A stretch of 64,000 bases of DNA, from the NCBI GenBank assembly GCA_039096225.1, contig JBBPEB010000014.1, positions 1 through 64,000 on the forward strand, written 5' to 3'. The position numbers were made by a program, and so were the translations under genes. This DNA is from Blastocystis sp. Blastoise (Eukaryota; Protista; Bigyra: Opalinata). Below, one piece after another: positions 27,252-40,326 of the stretch (its first letter is position 1; every line of letters begins with the position of its first letter). The notes under the pieces were generated by a model. It was not told the DNA's origin. It saw only the letters and a list, made by a program, of their open reading frames with translations, and ran no database searches.

Positions 27252-30200
27252 TAAGGAAAAGAAGGTAAATATAAGAATAATAATAATAATAGTAAGGAGA
27301 AGTAGTAAAAAAGAAGAAACAGAAGAATAAGGAGGAAGAGGAAATGAGATGAATAAAGAAAAGTAAAAAGAAGTAAAATATTGAGAAATAGAACGAGAAG
27401 TAAAAGAATAATAAAAAACAAACTTTAATAAGTATGGATAGAAGAAAAAGAAAAAGAAAAATAATGAGAAATAGAATAAAGAGATTGAAAATGATAAGAA
27501 AAAGGAAAGCATGAAAGATAATAGGAATGAGAATAAGAAGAATAAGTAGAAGTATAAGGAGGAGTATAAAGAAAATGGAGATAAGGAGTAGAAGCAGAAG
27601 GAGAAGCTAAGGTTGAAGAAAAATAGAAAGGATGATAATAAGAAAGATAAAAGAAATAGAAGGAAAACGAGAGTGTGAAGTAAAATAAGAATAACAAAAA
27701 TAAAAAGAAGCAGAAGGAAAACAAGAAGAACTAAATGAAAATGAGGAGAGGAAGAATTTGAAAAAGAAGAAATATAATAAGAAGAATAAGAACAAGAAGA
27801 GGAATCACAAAAATAAAAAGAAAGATACTACAAATAAAAAGAATACTGAGGAAGACAAAATATAGAGTAAAAAATGATATAGAAGAAGCAGAAGATAGTG
27901 AATAAGGAGAAGAAGAAGATAAAGTAGAAGAAGAAGTAGATCGAGAAACAGAATAAAGGGAAATGAAAAGTAGAATGAAAATAAGTAAGAAAATAGGAAT
28001 ATATAAATAAGATGTAGAAGAAAAATTGAAGCAAAATGAGACGAATTTAGAATAAAACAGAATACGTTAAATTAGAAGAATATGAAGAATAAAAAATGAG
28101 AAGCATACAAGTAGAATAATGAGAAATAGACAAGCCTGTAGAAGAAAGGCAAAAAAAGAAGAATCTGGAAAAAACAAGAATAAGAATAGAATAAGAATAA
28201 GAATAAGAATAAGAATGGAATAAAAACTGACTGAGAAAGTACTAGAAGTAGTAGAAGTAGTAGTAGTGTAAATAGACTTAGACTTAGACTTAGAAGCAGA
28301 AGGAGAAGCACAATTATGTATGTATAAATAGAAGAAACAAAGTATAAGTAAAATAGGAAAAAGAAAAGGCGAATAGATGAAGTATAATTATAAATATAAA
28401 TAGAAGAATGAGAAAGAGAATATGAATAAGAATAGATGAAGTATAATTATAAGTACAAATAGAAGAAGAAATAGAAGAAATAGAAGAAAAATATAATAGG
28501 AATAAGGAGTAGAATTAAAAGAGTCTAATATAAATAATAATAAAAAGAAGTTATACTAGTATAAGTAGATGTAAAATGATGAATATAAGTTGATAAACAA
28601 GAAGTACTAGAAGTAGAAGAATAAGTAGAAGTAGAAGAAATCGAATTATAATAGAACTAAAATAAAAAGTAGACGAAAAAGAGTAGAAGTTCAAATTGAA
28701 GAATAAGAATTAATAGTAGTACGAGTACATGTAAAAGGAGAAGTGAACGTAGAAGGAGAAATAGTCATAAGTAGTGGTAGTAGAAGTAAAGAACAAGAAG
28801 AAGAAGAAGAAGGAAAACTAGAAAGTATAAGTAGAACTAGAAGTAGAAAAGAAAGTAGAAGTAGACGTGCATGTATAAATAAAAGTAAGAATAGAAGCAC
28901 GAGTACAATGATAAGTAGAATTAGAATAAGAATAAATACTAGTAGAAAGAAATAGGAATAAGAATAATAACAAGTAGTAATAGAACTAGTAGTAGTAGTA
29001 GAAATTGGAATAAGAATGAAAGTAAGTAATAATATAAGTACAAGTAAACAAAAAGTATAAGTACAAGTAGAAATAGAAGAATAAAGTAATGAATGAAAAA
29101 AAAACTGAAGAAGACGAAGTATAAGGAATAGAATAAGAACAGAATAAAAAAGGAATGAAAATAATAATAATGATGTAAAAACGTGAAAAGAAGGAGAAGA
29201 ATAAAGAAAAGGAAGAGAGACTATATAATTAGAAAGAGAATGAGAAGTAAAATAAGAAGAACAAGAACTAATATAAATAGAACGATAATAAGAAATAGAA
29301 GGAGAAGGAGAATATCAAAAAGAGAGTGAGAATGAGAAGAAAAAGGAAAATATGAAAGATAATAGGAATAAGAATAAAAAGGATAAGTAGAAGTACAACG
29401 AAGAGAAAGGAAAATGAAGAGAAGAAGTAGAAGCAAAAGGAGATGATGATGTTGAAGAAAAACATGTTGGAGAATAATAATAAACCACATAAGGAGAAAC
29501 AAAAGGAAAAGAAGAATTTGATGTAAAATAATAAGTATATGAAAAAAGGAGAAGCAGAAGGAAAATGAGTAGACTTAAACTGAGAATACATGACAGAGAA
29601 TTTGAAAAAGAAGAAATAGGATGAGAATAGTAGGAAAAAGAGAGGAATGAGAATAAGAAATAGAATGACGATACAAATAAGAAGAAGAAAAAGAAAATAT
29701 AGAGAAAAAAGATGATATAAAAGAATGAGAAGATAGGGAATAAGAAGAAGATAAAAAGTAGAAGAAGAAGAAGAAGAAGAAGAACCAAAGCTAGAACTAG
29801 AACAAAGAGAAGGAAAAGTAGAAGTTTAAAAAAGAAAGATAATAGGAGAAAAAGTAAGAATTAGAATAAGATATAGAAGGATAGTGAGAAGAATTTGGTG
29901 AAAATAGAATACGCAAAAGTAGAAGAATATATATAAATAAAAAGTGAGAAGTATACCAGCAGAGTAAGGAGAACTAGACAAGAAAGTAGATACAAGTAAA
30001 AGAAGAATTTGGAGAACAATAAGAATAAGAATATGACTAAGAGAGTAGTAGTAGAACCATAAGAGAAGTATGAATAGATGTAAAAGTATAAATGAAGTAG
30101 AAGGAGAACAATAAGTATGAGTAGAACCATATGTATAAGTATAATGAGAATAAGAATAAAATAAGAAAGATGACAATATGAAGTGTTAGTAGAAGGAAAA

Positions 30201-31925
30201 TGAGATAAATAGTAGAATAAAAAGAAGAATATTAAGGAGAGAAAGTTTAGAAGTGGAAGGAGTACAATAAAAATAAGAATGAAGTGAATAAGAATAGGAA
30301 TAAGAAGAATAAAAAGGAGAAATGAAAATAGAAGGAGAAGAAAGAAGATATAAAGGAGAATAATAATAAGTAGAAGGAGAAATAAAAAATAAGTTTAATA
30401 AGAATGAAAATAAGAATAATAGAATAAATTGAAGATAGAAAAGTATAAGAAAAGAAGGAAGAAGAAGGAAAGTGATAAGATGAAGAATTAGAATAAATAA
30501 TAAGAAAATGAAGAATACGAATAAGGAGTATGATAAGCAGAAGTGAATAAAAAGAATGAGAAATGGAAGGACAATACTAATAATAATAATAAGAAAAAGA
30601 AGATACAAAAGGAGGAGGAGAAGAATGAAAAAAAGTTAAGGCTAACTAGAAGCAGAATAGTATAAAGATAATGATAATAAGATTGTAGAACAAGAAATAG
30701 AAGTAGAATAAGAAGAGAAATGATTAGGAAGTATAAGTAAAGTAAGAAGAGAAAGATATCATGAATAAGAAGAGAAAGATATCATGAATAAGAAGAGAAA
30801 GATATCATGAATAAGAATAAGAATAAAAAATGAAGTAGAAATACAAGCAGAAATAGAAGTAGAATAAGAGTGTAAAAATAAGGTGAATAAGAATAAAATG
30901 TGGAAGATGAAGAAGTAGTAAAAGTTGAGTGAATAGTAAAGAGAAATGGAAAGTAGACACTAAGGCTTATGAAATGAAAACAAAGGAATAACACCAGAAA
31001 TAAGAAGTAGAATTAGAATAAGAAGGAAATTAAGAATGAAATGCTGAAGTAGAAGAAGAATTAACAGGAGACAAGAATAAGTAGAAGGCGAAGCAGAACG
31101 AGAATAAGCGTAAAAATAATAATAATTAAAGAATAATATCAATTAAAAGAAGGAAAATAGGAATGAGAAGTAAAATAGAAATTACAATAAAAAAAATAAG
31201 TAAAAGTAACTAGATAAGCAGAATGAAAATATGAATAGTATGATGAAGGGAAAGGAGAATGAGAAAGTCGCATATGAAGGAAAGCGAGAAGTAGCACGAG
31301 GATAGTAATAAAAATAAGAAAGAGAAATTAAAAAATAAGGAGACGTGGAATAAGAAGGAGAAAGTGAGATATATGGAAAAACTAAATAAGAAACAAAATA
31401 TTAAGTAAAATAAGAAGTAAAAAAAGAAGTAAAAAAAGAAGTAACAACAATATATGAAAAAGAAGAAGTTGAAGAAGTTGAAGAAGGAGAAGAAAAATAA
31501 GAATAAGAGAAATATATCTAAGAATAATAAAAAGAAGATGACAATAACAAGGAGAAGTAAATTTACAAGGAGAAAAAAAAAGAAAGGAAACATAAGTGAA
31601 GAAGGAGAATAAGGAGAAGTAGAATAAGATGTACAGGTGAAGAAGAATAAGTAGTAGACGTAAAGTAAGAAGAATAAGAATAAGAATGAAAGGATAAGAA
31701 GAAGGATAAGAAGAAGAAGAAGAAGAATGAAAAGGAAAGGATAATTAGAAGTATAATAATAAAATATAATAGTAGAATTCGTGAAGAGGTAATAGTTATG
31801 AAAACAAATAAAGAAAAATTAATATCTATACAAAAAAGAAGAAAAAGATGTAGTAAGAAGTGTATTAGAATGAAGAATGAAGAATGAAGAATGAAGAATG
31901 AAGAATGAAGAATGAAGAATGAAAT
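25570..31925. repeat. Purine (G/A)-skewed low-complexity tract, ~6.4 kb, inside the MULE
   Basis: Mosaic of GAA, GGAGAA, AATAAG and GTAGAA microsatellites with very few C; ends in (GAATGAA)n at ~31868-31924. Confidence 0.9.
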
Positions 31926-32169
31926 TTTGTAAACCAAAAAATTTAATAAATAAAAGAATAATAAATTGCAACTTTCCTAATAGACTAATAATATTTGTAA
32001 TCAATTTTTTGTTTTATAGAAGAAACAATAAAAATACCACTAGGTCTAAAGAATATATAATATTATAAAAATAGAATATTAATAATTATAATATAAAGAA
32101 AAAAATAACATATATATTATTAATAGTCAGTTAAAACAAACTAACTATATTATTAAATACATATATACC

Positions 32170-32925
32170 TTAATAAAGACTTGAATCATCGCAATCTGAT
32201 TCCCAAGTTGTGCTTAAATACGCTAAGATTCTATAAATAAATACGTAGAATAAATTAATAAAATTAATTAAAGTATAAACATATTAGAAAAACAACAAGA
32301 TAGAAAAATAGGAGCTAATTCAATTATAAAAAGTATAATATAAAATTAAAAAAAGATAGGGATGCTATTAGAATGATAGTGATGTATTAATAGCATAGAC
32401 AAGAAATAGATATAGCAAAAAATAAACAAAATGAGAAAATGAAAAATATCTATATACCTTAGATTCATCAGTATTGTTTACCAAGACCTTTTGAATTGAT
32501 CTGAAACCAGATGAAGTTTGTTTTGAGCATATAAACAAGAAATAACCCATTGATCAACTGATTACTATATAAAATTAAATATTTGAAGAGAGTAAACTAT
32601 ATAATATATATATTTATAACTAGAAAACATACATAGATTCATTTTATATGCTTATAATGAAAATATATGAAATAAATCAATATTTGATTTTCAAGAAATA
32701 ACCATTCTGAGGATGGAAACAGAGGAAAAACAGCCTAAATAGCGGAATTAATCTCTTCTATAGAAACTTTTTTGGGTTTCAGTGAACAAGTTTTAAAAAT
32801 AATTTCTAGAGATTCAAAGTATGGTATAAAAAGTCTTCTTTGATATGGTCCCTATTCTTGGAGTCTTTCAGAATCACTTAAATCTTTGGAAAACCGTATT
32901 CAGCTACGGCTTAAATGAACTCCTA
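32170..32925 (-). pseudogene. Degenerate spliced cargo gene fragment in the MULE, product unknown
   Basis: Exon-like blocks (~32170-32230, ~32458-32564, ~32700-32922) bounded by minus-strand AG/GT. Best frames read ...PYQRRLFIPYFESLEIIFKTCSLK...VFPLFPSSEW and SVDQWVISCLYAQNKLHLVSDQF, with in-frame stops. Confidence 0.4.
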
Positions 32926-33039
32926 AAAAAGAATATTTTTTAAATATTATTATATGGATTATTTGCTTATTTAGAAGGTTATTTTATTATTTATATTTAT
33001 ATTATATTTTATTAGGTAGATTATTATAGATTAGGCTTG

Positions 33040-33480
33040 AAATGAATCCAGATAATAAACCAATTAGTGATTCATTCTTTCACGTATATACTTATTTGAT
33101 TTACCATTATTTATATAGGTTTAGAAACATGATTTAGAGAGCCCGGTGGAGTTGGCTACAATATTGGAAGAAAACGCAATGATCGGAATTTCCTCTTTAA
33201 GAATATTCTTTGGTGTATGTTCTAGTGGTATATTATTTTGTTTTTTGTTTGTATATTTAATTATTTATTTAGGAAATTCAAAAGAAAAAAGTAATTGGTC
33301 TCCATCTACTAAGAAAATTGATGTCTAGGTCCTTCTTTTGATTTTTATTATTTTATTTTTTTATCAGAAGTATATATTTATGTTATTAATGCTATATTGT
33401 ATCTAATTATATAGAAATGGCAAGTGATTATTGTTTTGGAATTTTTGTAACTTTTCGATTTCAGCACAATTATCGAGTCC
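33040..33480 (+). pseudogene. Degenerate spliced cargo gene fragment in the MULE, product unknown
   Basis: GC-richer blocks separated by GTAT...TAG intron-like segments (33085-33118, ~33215-33272); no stop-free joined frame found. Confidence 0.35.
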
Positions 33481-34364
33481 TTAAAAGTATATAAATATAT
33501 TAAATAATTATTTTTTTCTATAGATATATGGAGTAAATTGATATGGTTATATATACAAAAAAAAATACTAGAAGAATATGGCTAAAAAGTATATATTTTT
33601 TTATTTTTATATTATTAAAATTATATATATTTGTTTAATTAAATTTGTATATTGTAGTTATTTATTTTTGTTATAACTGAGGCTCTAACATTGATATATG
33701 GTTCAAATATATATATATATATTTTTATTATTTATAAATTCTTAATATTTTATTAATTTATTATATTATTTTTCTATATAGGACTATTAATTATCATTCT
33801 TTTATTATAGTTTATATATATATATATGTATTATTTATTTTCGATATATTTTATTCTTATTCATATATATAGTATTATTAAGCTATGTACTCATTAGCTT
33901 CTCTACATCAATACTATTATGTGACTAGGTATATTATATATATATTTAATTATTAGCATATTATTTTCTATTACTTCTTAATATATATATATATATATTT
34001 ATATATTAACTAGTATTTTTATATAGAGAATGTGACGTTTCCCTTATGTTATAAACTTCATGGTCATCAATTTTTATATCTAAGGTATATAGTTTTTATA
34101 TGTAAGTAATTGTTTTATTGTAGTATATTGTTTCACATTATTTTTATATATTATTCTATTTTCCGTACAATAATTTTTTATTTTTTTTATATAATTTATA
34201 TTATGTACCTATAATTACTAATAATATCCTATTGTTTATATTTCTGTTATTCATGTCTCTATAGTTTTATTAGTTATATAAAAATATAACTAGTAAAACT
34301 GTAATTACATATATATATTATATAGGTGTTATATAAATATACGAATGTTGCTTTAGTTGAAGAA

Positions 34365-34449
<85 letters not shown>

Positions 34450-35337
34450 GTTATAGACTTTTATTGTATTCTTTTTATATTATTATTTTATACATTTTTC
34501 TCTCTATATAACATATTCACAGATATATTTACCAAATATATACTCTTTAGAAAATTGATATATGTTTTATTTTGGAAGTTGATAATATATACTAGAATCA
34601 GTTCATATCAATTGTTTATTCTTAAACTTTATATATATATATATATATTATTTATCAAAGTCAAAGTTATATATAAATAGAATAATGAAGAATTATCTAT
34701 ATATAGTGGTCTTTAGTTCTATTACTACATTATTTTTATGTATTTAAGGTATATATAAATATATTATATATATACTTTTATATATACTTATTATATAAAT
34801 ATAAACTTATAGACTTATATATAGTAATATATCAGTTATCCTTTTATTTTTCTCATGAGTTTTTAAGTATATAGTCTTTTTATCTTATTATATATATAAT
34901 ACATTTTTTATAATTGACACAAAAGGTAATATTATTTGTATATATAATTTTATCTCAACTATTCTTCTATTTTATTCTTTTATATCACTTTTTCTTTCTA
35001 TAACTATATTATGTATTATCATTTTATAATATAATTTGTTTATAGTTAATTATGTATATATATGTAGTAACAGTAATAACTCTTCTTTTTATCTCTTTTG
35101 TTCAATTATACTAGTATATTTTCTATGATAATATATATACTTTGTATTTATCTCCTTTTATATATATTATCTATTTATTTTGATACTAATTATATATACA
35201 CTTAGTGTTATGTATACTACATTTTCTTTTTGTTTATAATACTATACTAATATCATTTTTATTATATATAGGATTAAGGATATATATAATTGTTTTGAAT
35301 GATTTACTTTTGTATTATGTTAAACCTTATTTTCTTG

Positions 35338-35377
<40 letters not shown>

Positions 35378-36096
35378 TTTTCTTTATATTTTCCAGCTTT
35401 CTTTTCTATTATATACATTTATACTCACTATAGTGTACTATTATTAATATATATAGTTTGTGAAGATATTAAATAGATTCTACGTAAAGAGTATGTATTT
35501 TAATTGTTTTAATACATATACATAATATGTTCCTATGTTATATTTAAATATATATATTTTTTACTTTATATATATATTTTTCTCATAATTACATATATGT
35601 ATATATTCATATATATATATATATAGACTTGGTATTCCCTTAATTAATTCATGCCGTCTTATTCATTCATTTTATATATATAGTCTATAATCAGCTTTTA
35701 TGAATTATTACAAATAATGTATACAATCCTTTTGTATGTATTTTATTTATATTTATATAGCTTGCTATGTAGTATTTTCTATTATAACAATATAATGTGT
35801 TTATTTTATTTATATATATATTAATTTTTTTTTTAATCTATATATAGAACGTATCTTTAGCTTATCTTCTATGTTCGTATACAACTTAATATAGATAGTA
35901 TATATTGTATATATTTATTATATATATTGTTTGCTAATATTCTATTTTTAACTTTATTCTTAATTACATTATATTCTATTGTATATTGAAATAATCTTTT
36001 TATTCTACATGTTTTTATTATTTAGGTTAGTATTAATAGGTGTAATAGAGTATATATATATATAATTACAATATTTTTATAGTCTCTTTTCTTCAA

Positions 36097-36129
<33 letters not shown>

Positions 36130-36148
36130 TATTCATATAATTAATATT

Positions 36149-36217
36149 CCTTAGACTGAATATGGTCAGTAGCAATCATTAATAGATTGCTATCAGGTTC
36201 AATTCCTGATCTAAGGT
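36149..36217 (+). ncRNA. tRNA-like cloverleaf RNA, copy A (non-canonical; nominal anticodon UAA)
   Basis: CCTTAGA/TCTAAGG acceptor stem; CTGA-ATATGG-TCAG D-arm; TAGCAATC-ATTAATA-GATTGCTA arm; TCAGG-TTCAATT-CCTGA T-arm (B-box); T6 run at 36229-36234. Confidence 0.8.
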
Positions 36218-37220
36218 TGTATACTATATTTTTTATAAAAAAATTTAAATGTTTTTTCCCTATAGGTATTCTCATTCATTAGAACCAATATGAATAAATA
36301 CATTGAGTTTCATGCAATTGAATCAACTCTATACGTCGTTAGTCGCTCTTTTATAATAATTTTAGATACCTTTACTTAAAACCAAACACATTCACAATTA
36401 CAATCACCCAAAATTATCTAGTCATTATTTTGTTGAGTTATGTATCCTATTCATCAATTTTACACACAAATAAAAAATAAATATTCATCAATAATATCTT
36501 GAAGTCTATAAACACGCAATATATTATTTGTTTATACTCTTAAAAGGCATTTCTACTGTTTATATTAATATGATTGACACTAAGAATCATTTCTAACCAA
36601 CTTTAAAAACTTTTGAAGAACCTTAACAAATTTACATTACCTAAAAAACTATTATAATCAACTTTGGCTTATACGAGTCATGATTAAATTTAAATTATTA
36701 ATAGAAATTCATAATAAAGGCATTCTATCTCAACATATCACCAAGAGAAATCAATTATGTTTGTAACTTCCCTAAAATTAAATTAATTACTAAAAGACGT
36801 ATTTTAATTAATGTAGAATTCAAATTCAAACACACATAAACTCATCATTTCTGACAATTTTACACATTTAGACAATCTAGTGAGTATCACATAATCAACT
36901 AATTCTTGTTGTCTTCATCAAGTCTAACGATTTCCTTATGACAAGAAGCATCAATTTTATTTTATTCAACACTCTATAAATAATTAATCAATTAACTAAT
37001 TTTATTTACTTAAATACATACTCCAATAACAACAACAAGACATCAGGAGTGAGAATAACTGATTAAACTATTTAAATAAAATAATTAATAATAAAAAGTA
37101 GAAATATTAGGATTTTAATAATTTTTAATAAGTTAATTTATAGTGAAGTTTCAATAATCATATAAAAAATATGATTAATTTAGCTTTTGTATGTTCTAAG
37201 CATATATCTATCTATATATA

Positions 37221-37585
37221 GTCCCTAGGAGTATATTAGAGTACCTTCCAGTCTCCATTGGCAGATTGATCTAAACTGGTATGTTCTCTTTCTCTATTAT
37301 GAGCTAATCTAGGTGATGTAAAGTGGTTGTACTAGATGGTCAGCTATTGTGTCGTGGTTATAAATGGGATGATGTGACGTCACCATATAAAACTATTTCT
37401 TTAGGTTTTATCAATGAGTGGGAAATGCTTGGCTATGTTAACTGAGCGTTGCTTGAAACTTTCAAAAAATCAATTGGTCAAATGTCTAAACAGATTTGTC
37501 TTGAATCATACAGAATCATGATCTATTCACATAATCACTACATCTACAATTCAAATATTCATATTTGAAGTTACTTGGTTTAACT
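37221..37585 (+). pseudogene. Degenerate spliced cargo gene fragment in the MULE, product unknown
   Basis: Intron GTATGT...GCTAAT..CTAG (~37279-37312) joins P*EYIRVPSSLHWQIDLNW to *CKVVVLDGQLLCRGYKWDDVTSPYKTISLGFINEWEMLGYVN*ALLETF in one frame with isolated stops. Confidence 0.5.
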
Positions 37586-37738
37586 CATATTCTGATTCTG
37601 AGATGTATATATTTTCTACATTTTTTTTATATAAATATAATTATATAATTATATTAATGTTTATATAGGTTGTTATATAGCTATTAAATCTAGTTCTTGC
37701 TTTTCTTGTCACTAAATTCTTGGTTCTTCTCTTTTATG

Positions 37739-37769
<31 letters not shown>

Positions 37770-37924
37770 TATTATTAACTTCTTATGTTTTGATTTTATA
37801 ATATAAATTTCTTAATTTTTGAAAATTATTTCTATTTATACATATTATTAGTTTCTTCTATGTACTTATTTGAAGTTTTTATTAATATTAATTTATGCAC
37901 TTTTTTCTTTTTTTTTAATTATAT

Positions 37925-37961
<37 letters not shown>

Positions 37962-38129
37962 CTATTTCTATATATATTTGGTTTTCTTTTTGTCTATATT
38001 TGCCTTCTTTTCCATTTTATTCTTATTAATTTCTTTGTTATACTTTATATTTTTCTTATAGTCATCGTGTTGATTCGGGTAATTGTTACTACTATTAATA
38101 CTACTCAATATCACATTTCATTATATAAT

Positions 38130-39950
38130 ATACCTTTTTTCTTTAGTTCTTACTTATCATTCTCCTTACATTCTTCTTATCTTTCCTTTTTGTGTTCTCC
38201 TTCTATAATTACATCTTCTCTTCATTTCCACCTCTATATCTTAATCTTCTTGTTCTTCTTCATTTTCTTCTTATGTCATTACTTCCTTTTCATATCTTTC
38301 CACTTCTACTTTTCTATTCGCTATTCCTTTTAATTCTTCATCTAGACGTTCTTTCTATATTCCTTTTTCTTTTATATATCCTTATTCCCCTTCTCCTTTT
38401 CTGTCTCCAATATTCTTTTCCTACTCGTTCTTCTTCATCTATTTATCCTTATGCTTCTATATCTTGTATATACCATTCTTTTGCTTCTCAATCTCAATCT
38501 CCTTCTCTCAATCTCTTCTGTATCTCTTCTTCTTCCTCTTCTTCTATATATCCTTATTCCCCTTCTATATCTTATATATATCTTTATTCTTCTTCTATAT
38601 CTTATATATATCCTTCATCTTCTATATATCCTTCGTCTTTATATTCTTTTTCTCTCTATATATCCTTCGTATATATATTCTTTTTCTCTCTATATATCCT
38701 TCCTCTGCATTCCTTCTTCTATTTGCCATTATTCTTCTTATACATTTTATCTATATCATTCTCCTCCTATGTTTTCTATTTTTTCTATATATCCTTATTC
38801 TTATCTTTCCTCTTCTATATATCGTTTTTCTTCTATATATCTTATTTTTGCTTCTTCTTCTATATATCTTTCTTCTTCTTCTATTTATTGTTCTTATTCT
38901 TCTGTATCCTCTATTTATCATTATTTTCCATAGTATTCTTCTACTGTATCTTCTTCTTGTCTCTTTCTTCTTCTTAAATATCTCCTTCTTCTCCTTCTTT
39001 TCTTCTATATCTTCAATATACCTTTCTTTATCTATATATTTTGATGTTCATTATTTCTCTATATATCTTTATTCTCCATATTCTTCCGTATCTTCTTCTT
39101 CTTTTTATGCTTCTCTTTATTCTCCTTCTATATATCTTTCTTTTCCTTCTTTTCCTTCTCAGTCTCCTTCTCTTCATTTTATCATTCTCTTTCTCTCTAT
39201 CTCTATCTCTTTCTATTTCTATATCTTCTATATGTACTTTTTCTTCTTCTTCTTCTATATATCATTATTTTCCTCCTCCTCCTACTCTTCCTTCTTCTTT
39301 TATCATCATTCTTCTACTTCTTCTATCATTTCCTTCTTCGATTTCGATATCTCTATATATCATTTTTCTCCTTCGTCTTCTCCTTCTTTACTCTTTATAT
39401 TATTCTAATTTTATTCCTTTTCATCTATTTCCTCTTTATCTCAATATTCTCTCGATTTATTACACATAATATCAATTATATATATATATATATATAATCT
39501 TTTATACTCTTTTTCTTTCATCATATACTATCTTTTTTTCCTACATTTACACTTGTACTTCCTATGTGTACTCTACTTATATTTTTATTTCCTTCTTAAT
39601 TTATTCTCCCTTGTTCTTCTTCTAACTCTCTTCTCTATCTGTTTTCTCTTCTTCTCCTATACATGACTTTTTATTATCCATCTATCTTTCTTTTCTTCTT
39701 ACCTTCTTATCTTATTTTTTACTCGCTTCCTATTCTTATTCTTCTTCTTTATATATATGCTTTTTATTCTCTATCCTATTAACTAACTCCTCCTTCTTCT
39801 TCTTCTCATTTACTTAATATTTTTCTTTTTCCTAATTTATTTTCCTATATTCTTCATATTCATGTTTTCATTTTTTTATATTCAATTCCTATCTTTTATC
39901 ATCTTATATCTATATATATACTTCTCTCCATATTTAAACTATTTCTATCT
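38130..39950. repeat. Pyrimidine (C/T)-skewed low-complexity tract inside the MULE
   Basis: TTC/TCTATATATC-type mosaic, almost devoid of G. Confidence 0.88.
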
Positions 39951-40080
39951 ACTATACTAATTAATATAGTATTTATTTTTATTAATAAAAAGATTTTATC
40001 CTTTTTATTTCTTATTTATACTTATTATTTTATATGTTTCTTGTTTATATATTTAATTTATATATTAAAATAATTTTTTC

Positions 40081-40124
<44 letters not shown>

Positions 40125-40257
40125 GCAACAGTAATATGTATTCTATTTGATAAATATATATGAAAGAGATAAGTATATATTTATATATCTATATTATTGA
40201 TTCATCTTTTTTAGATATATATATTAAATATTGTATTTTATTATTATTTATTATTAC

Positions 40258-40326
40258 TCTTATGCTCTATAAGGTGAGAGGCTATCATAATTCGATAACA
40301 ATCAGGTTCAACTCCTGACATAAGTC
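40258..40326 (+). ncRNA. tRNA-like cloverleaf RNA, copy B (non-canonical; nominal anticodon AAU)
   Basis: CTTATG/CATAAG acceptor stem; CTCT-ATAAGGTG-AGAG D-arm; GCTATC-ATAATTC-GATAAC arm; TCAGG-TTCAACT-CCTGA T-arm; T9 run at 40347-40355. Paralogous to copy A with compensatory changes. Confidence 0.75.

Noticed and set aside
25553-32004. Dozens of K/R/E-rich or F/L/S-rich ORFs
   Set aside because: By-products of strand-skewed low-complexity DNA; overlapping in all frames with no motifs.
36149-36217. Canonical tRNA-Leu(UAA), or an ochre suppressor explaining the cargo stops
   Set aside because: No long variable arm, no U8 and U at position 37. UUA is off-register in the loop. Cargo stops include TAG and TGA, and similar lesions occur with frameshifts in host genes.
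37870-39469. Overlapping hydrophobic ORFs up to 314 aa
   Set aside because: Stop-poor C/T-rich tract; open in all three frames.
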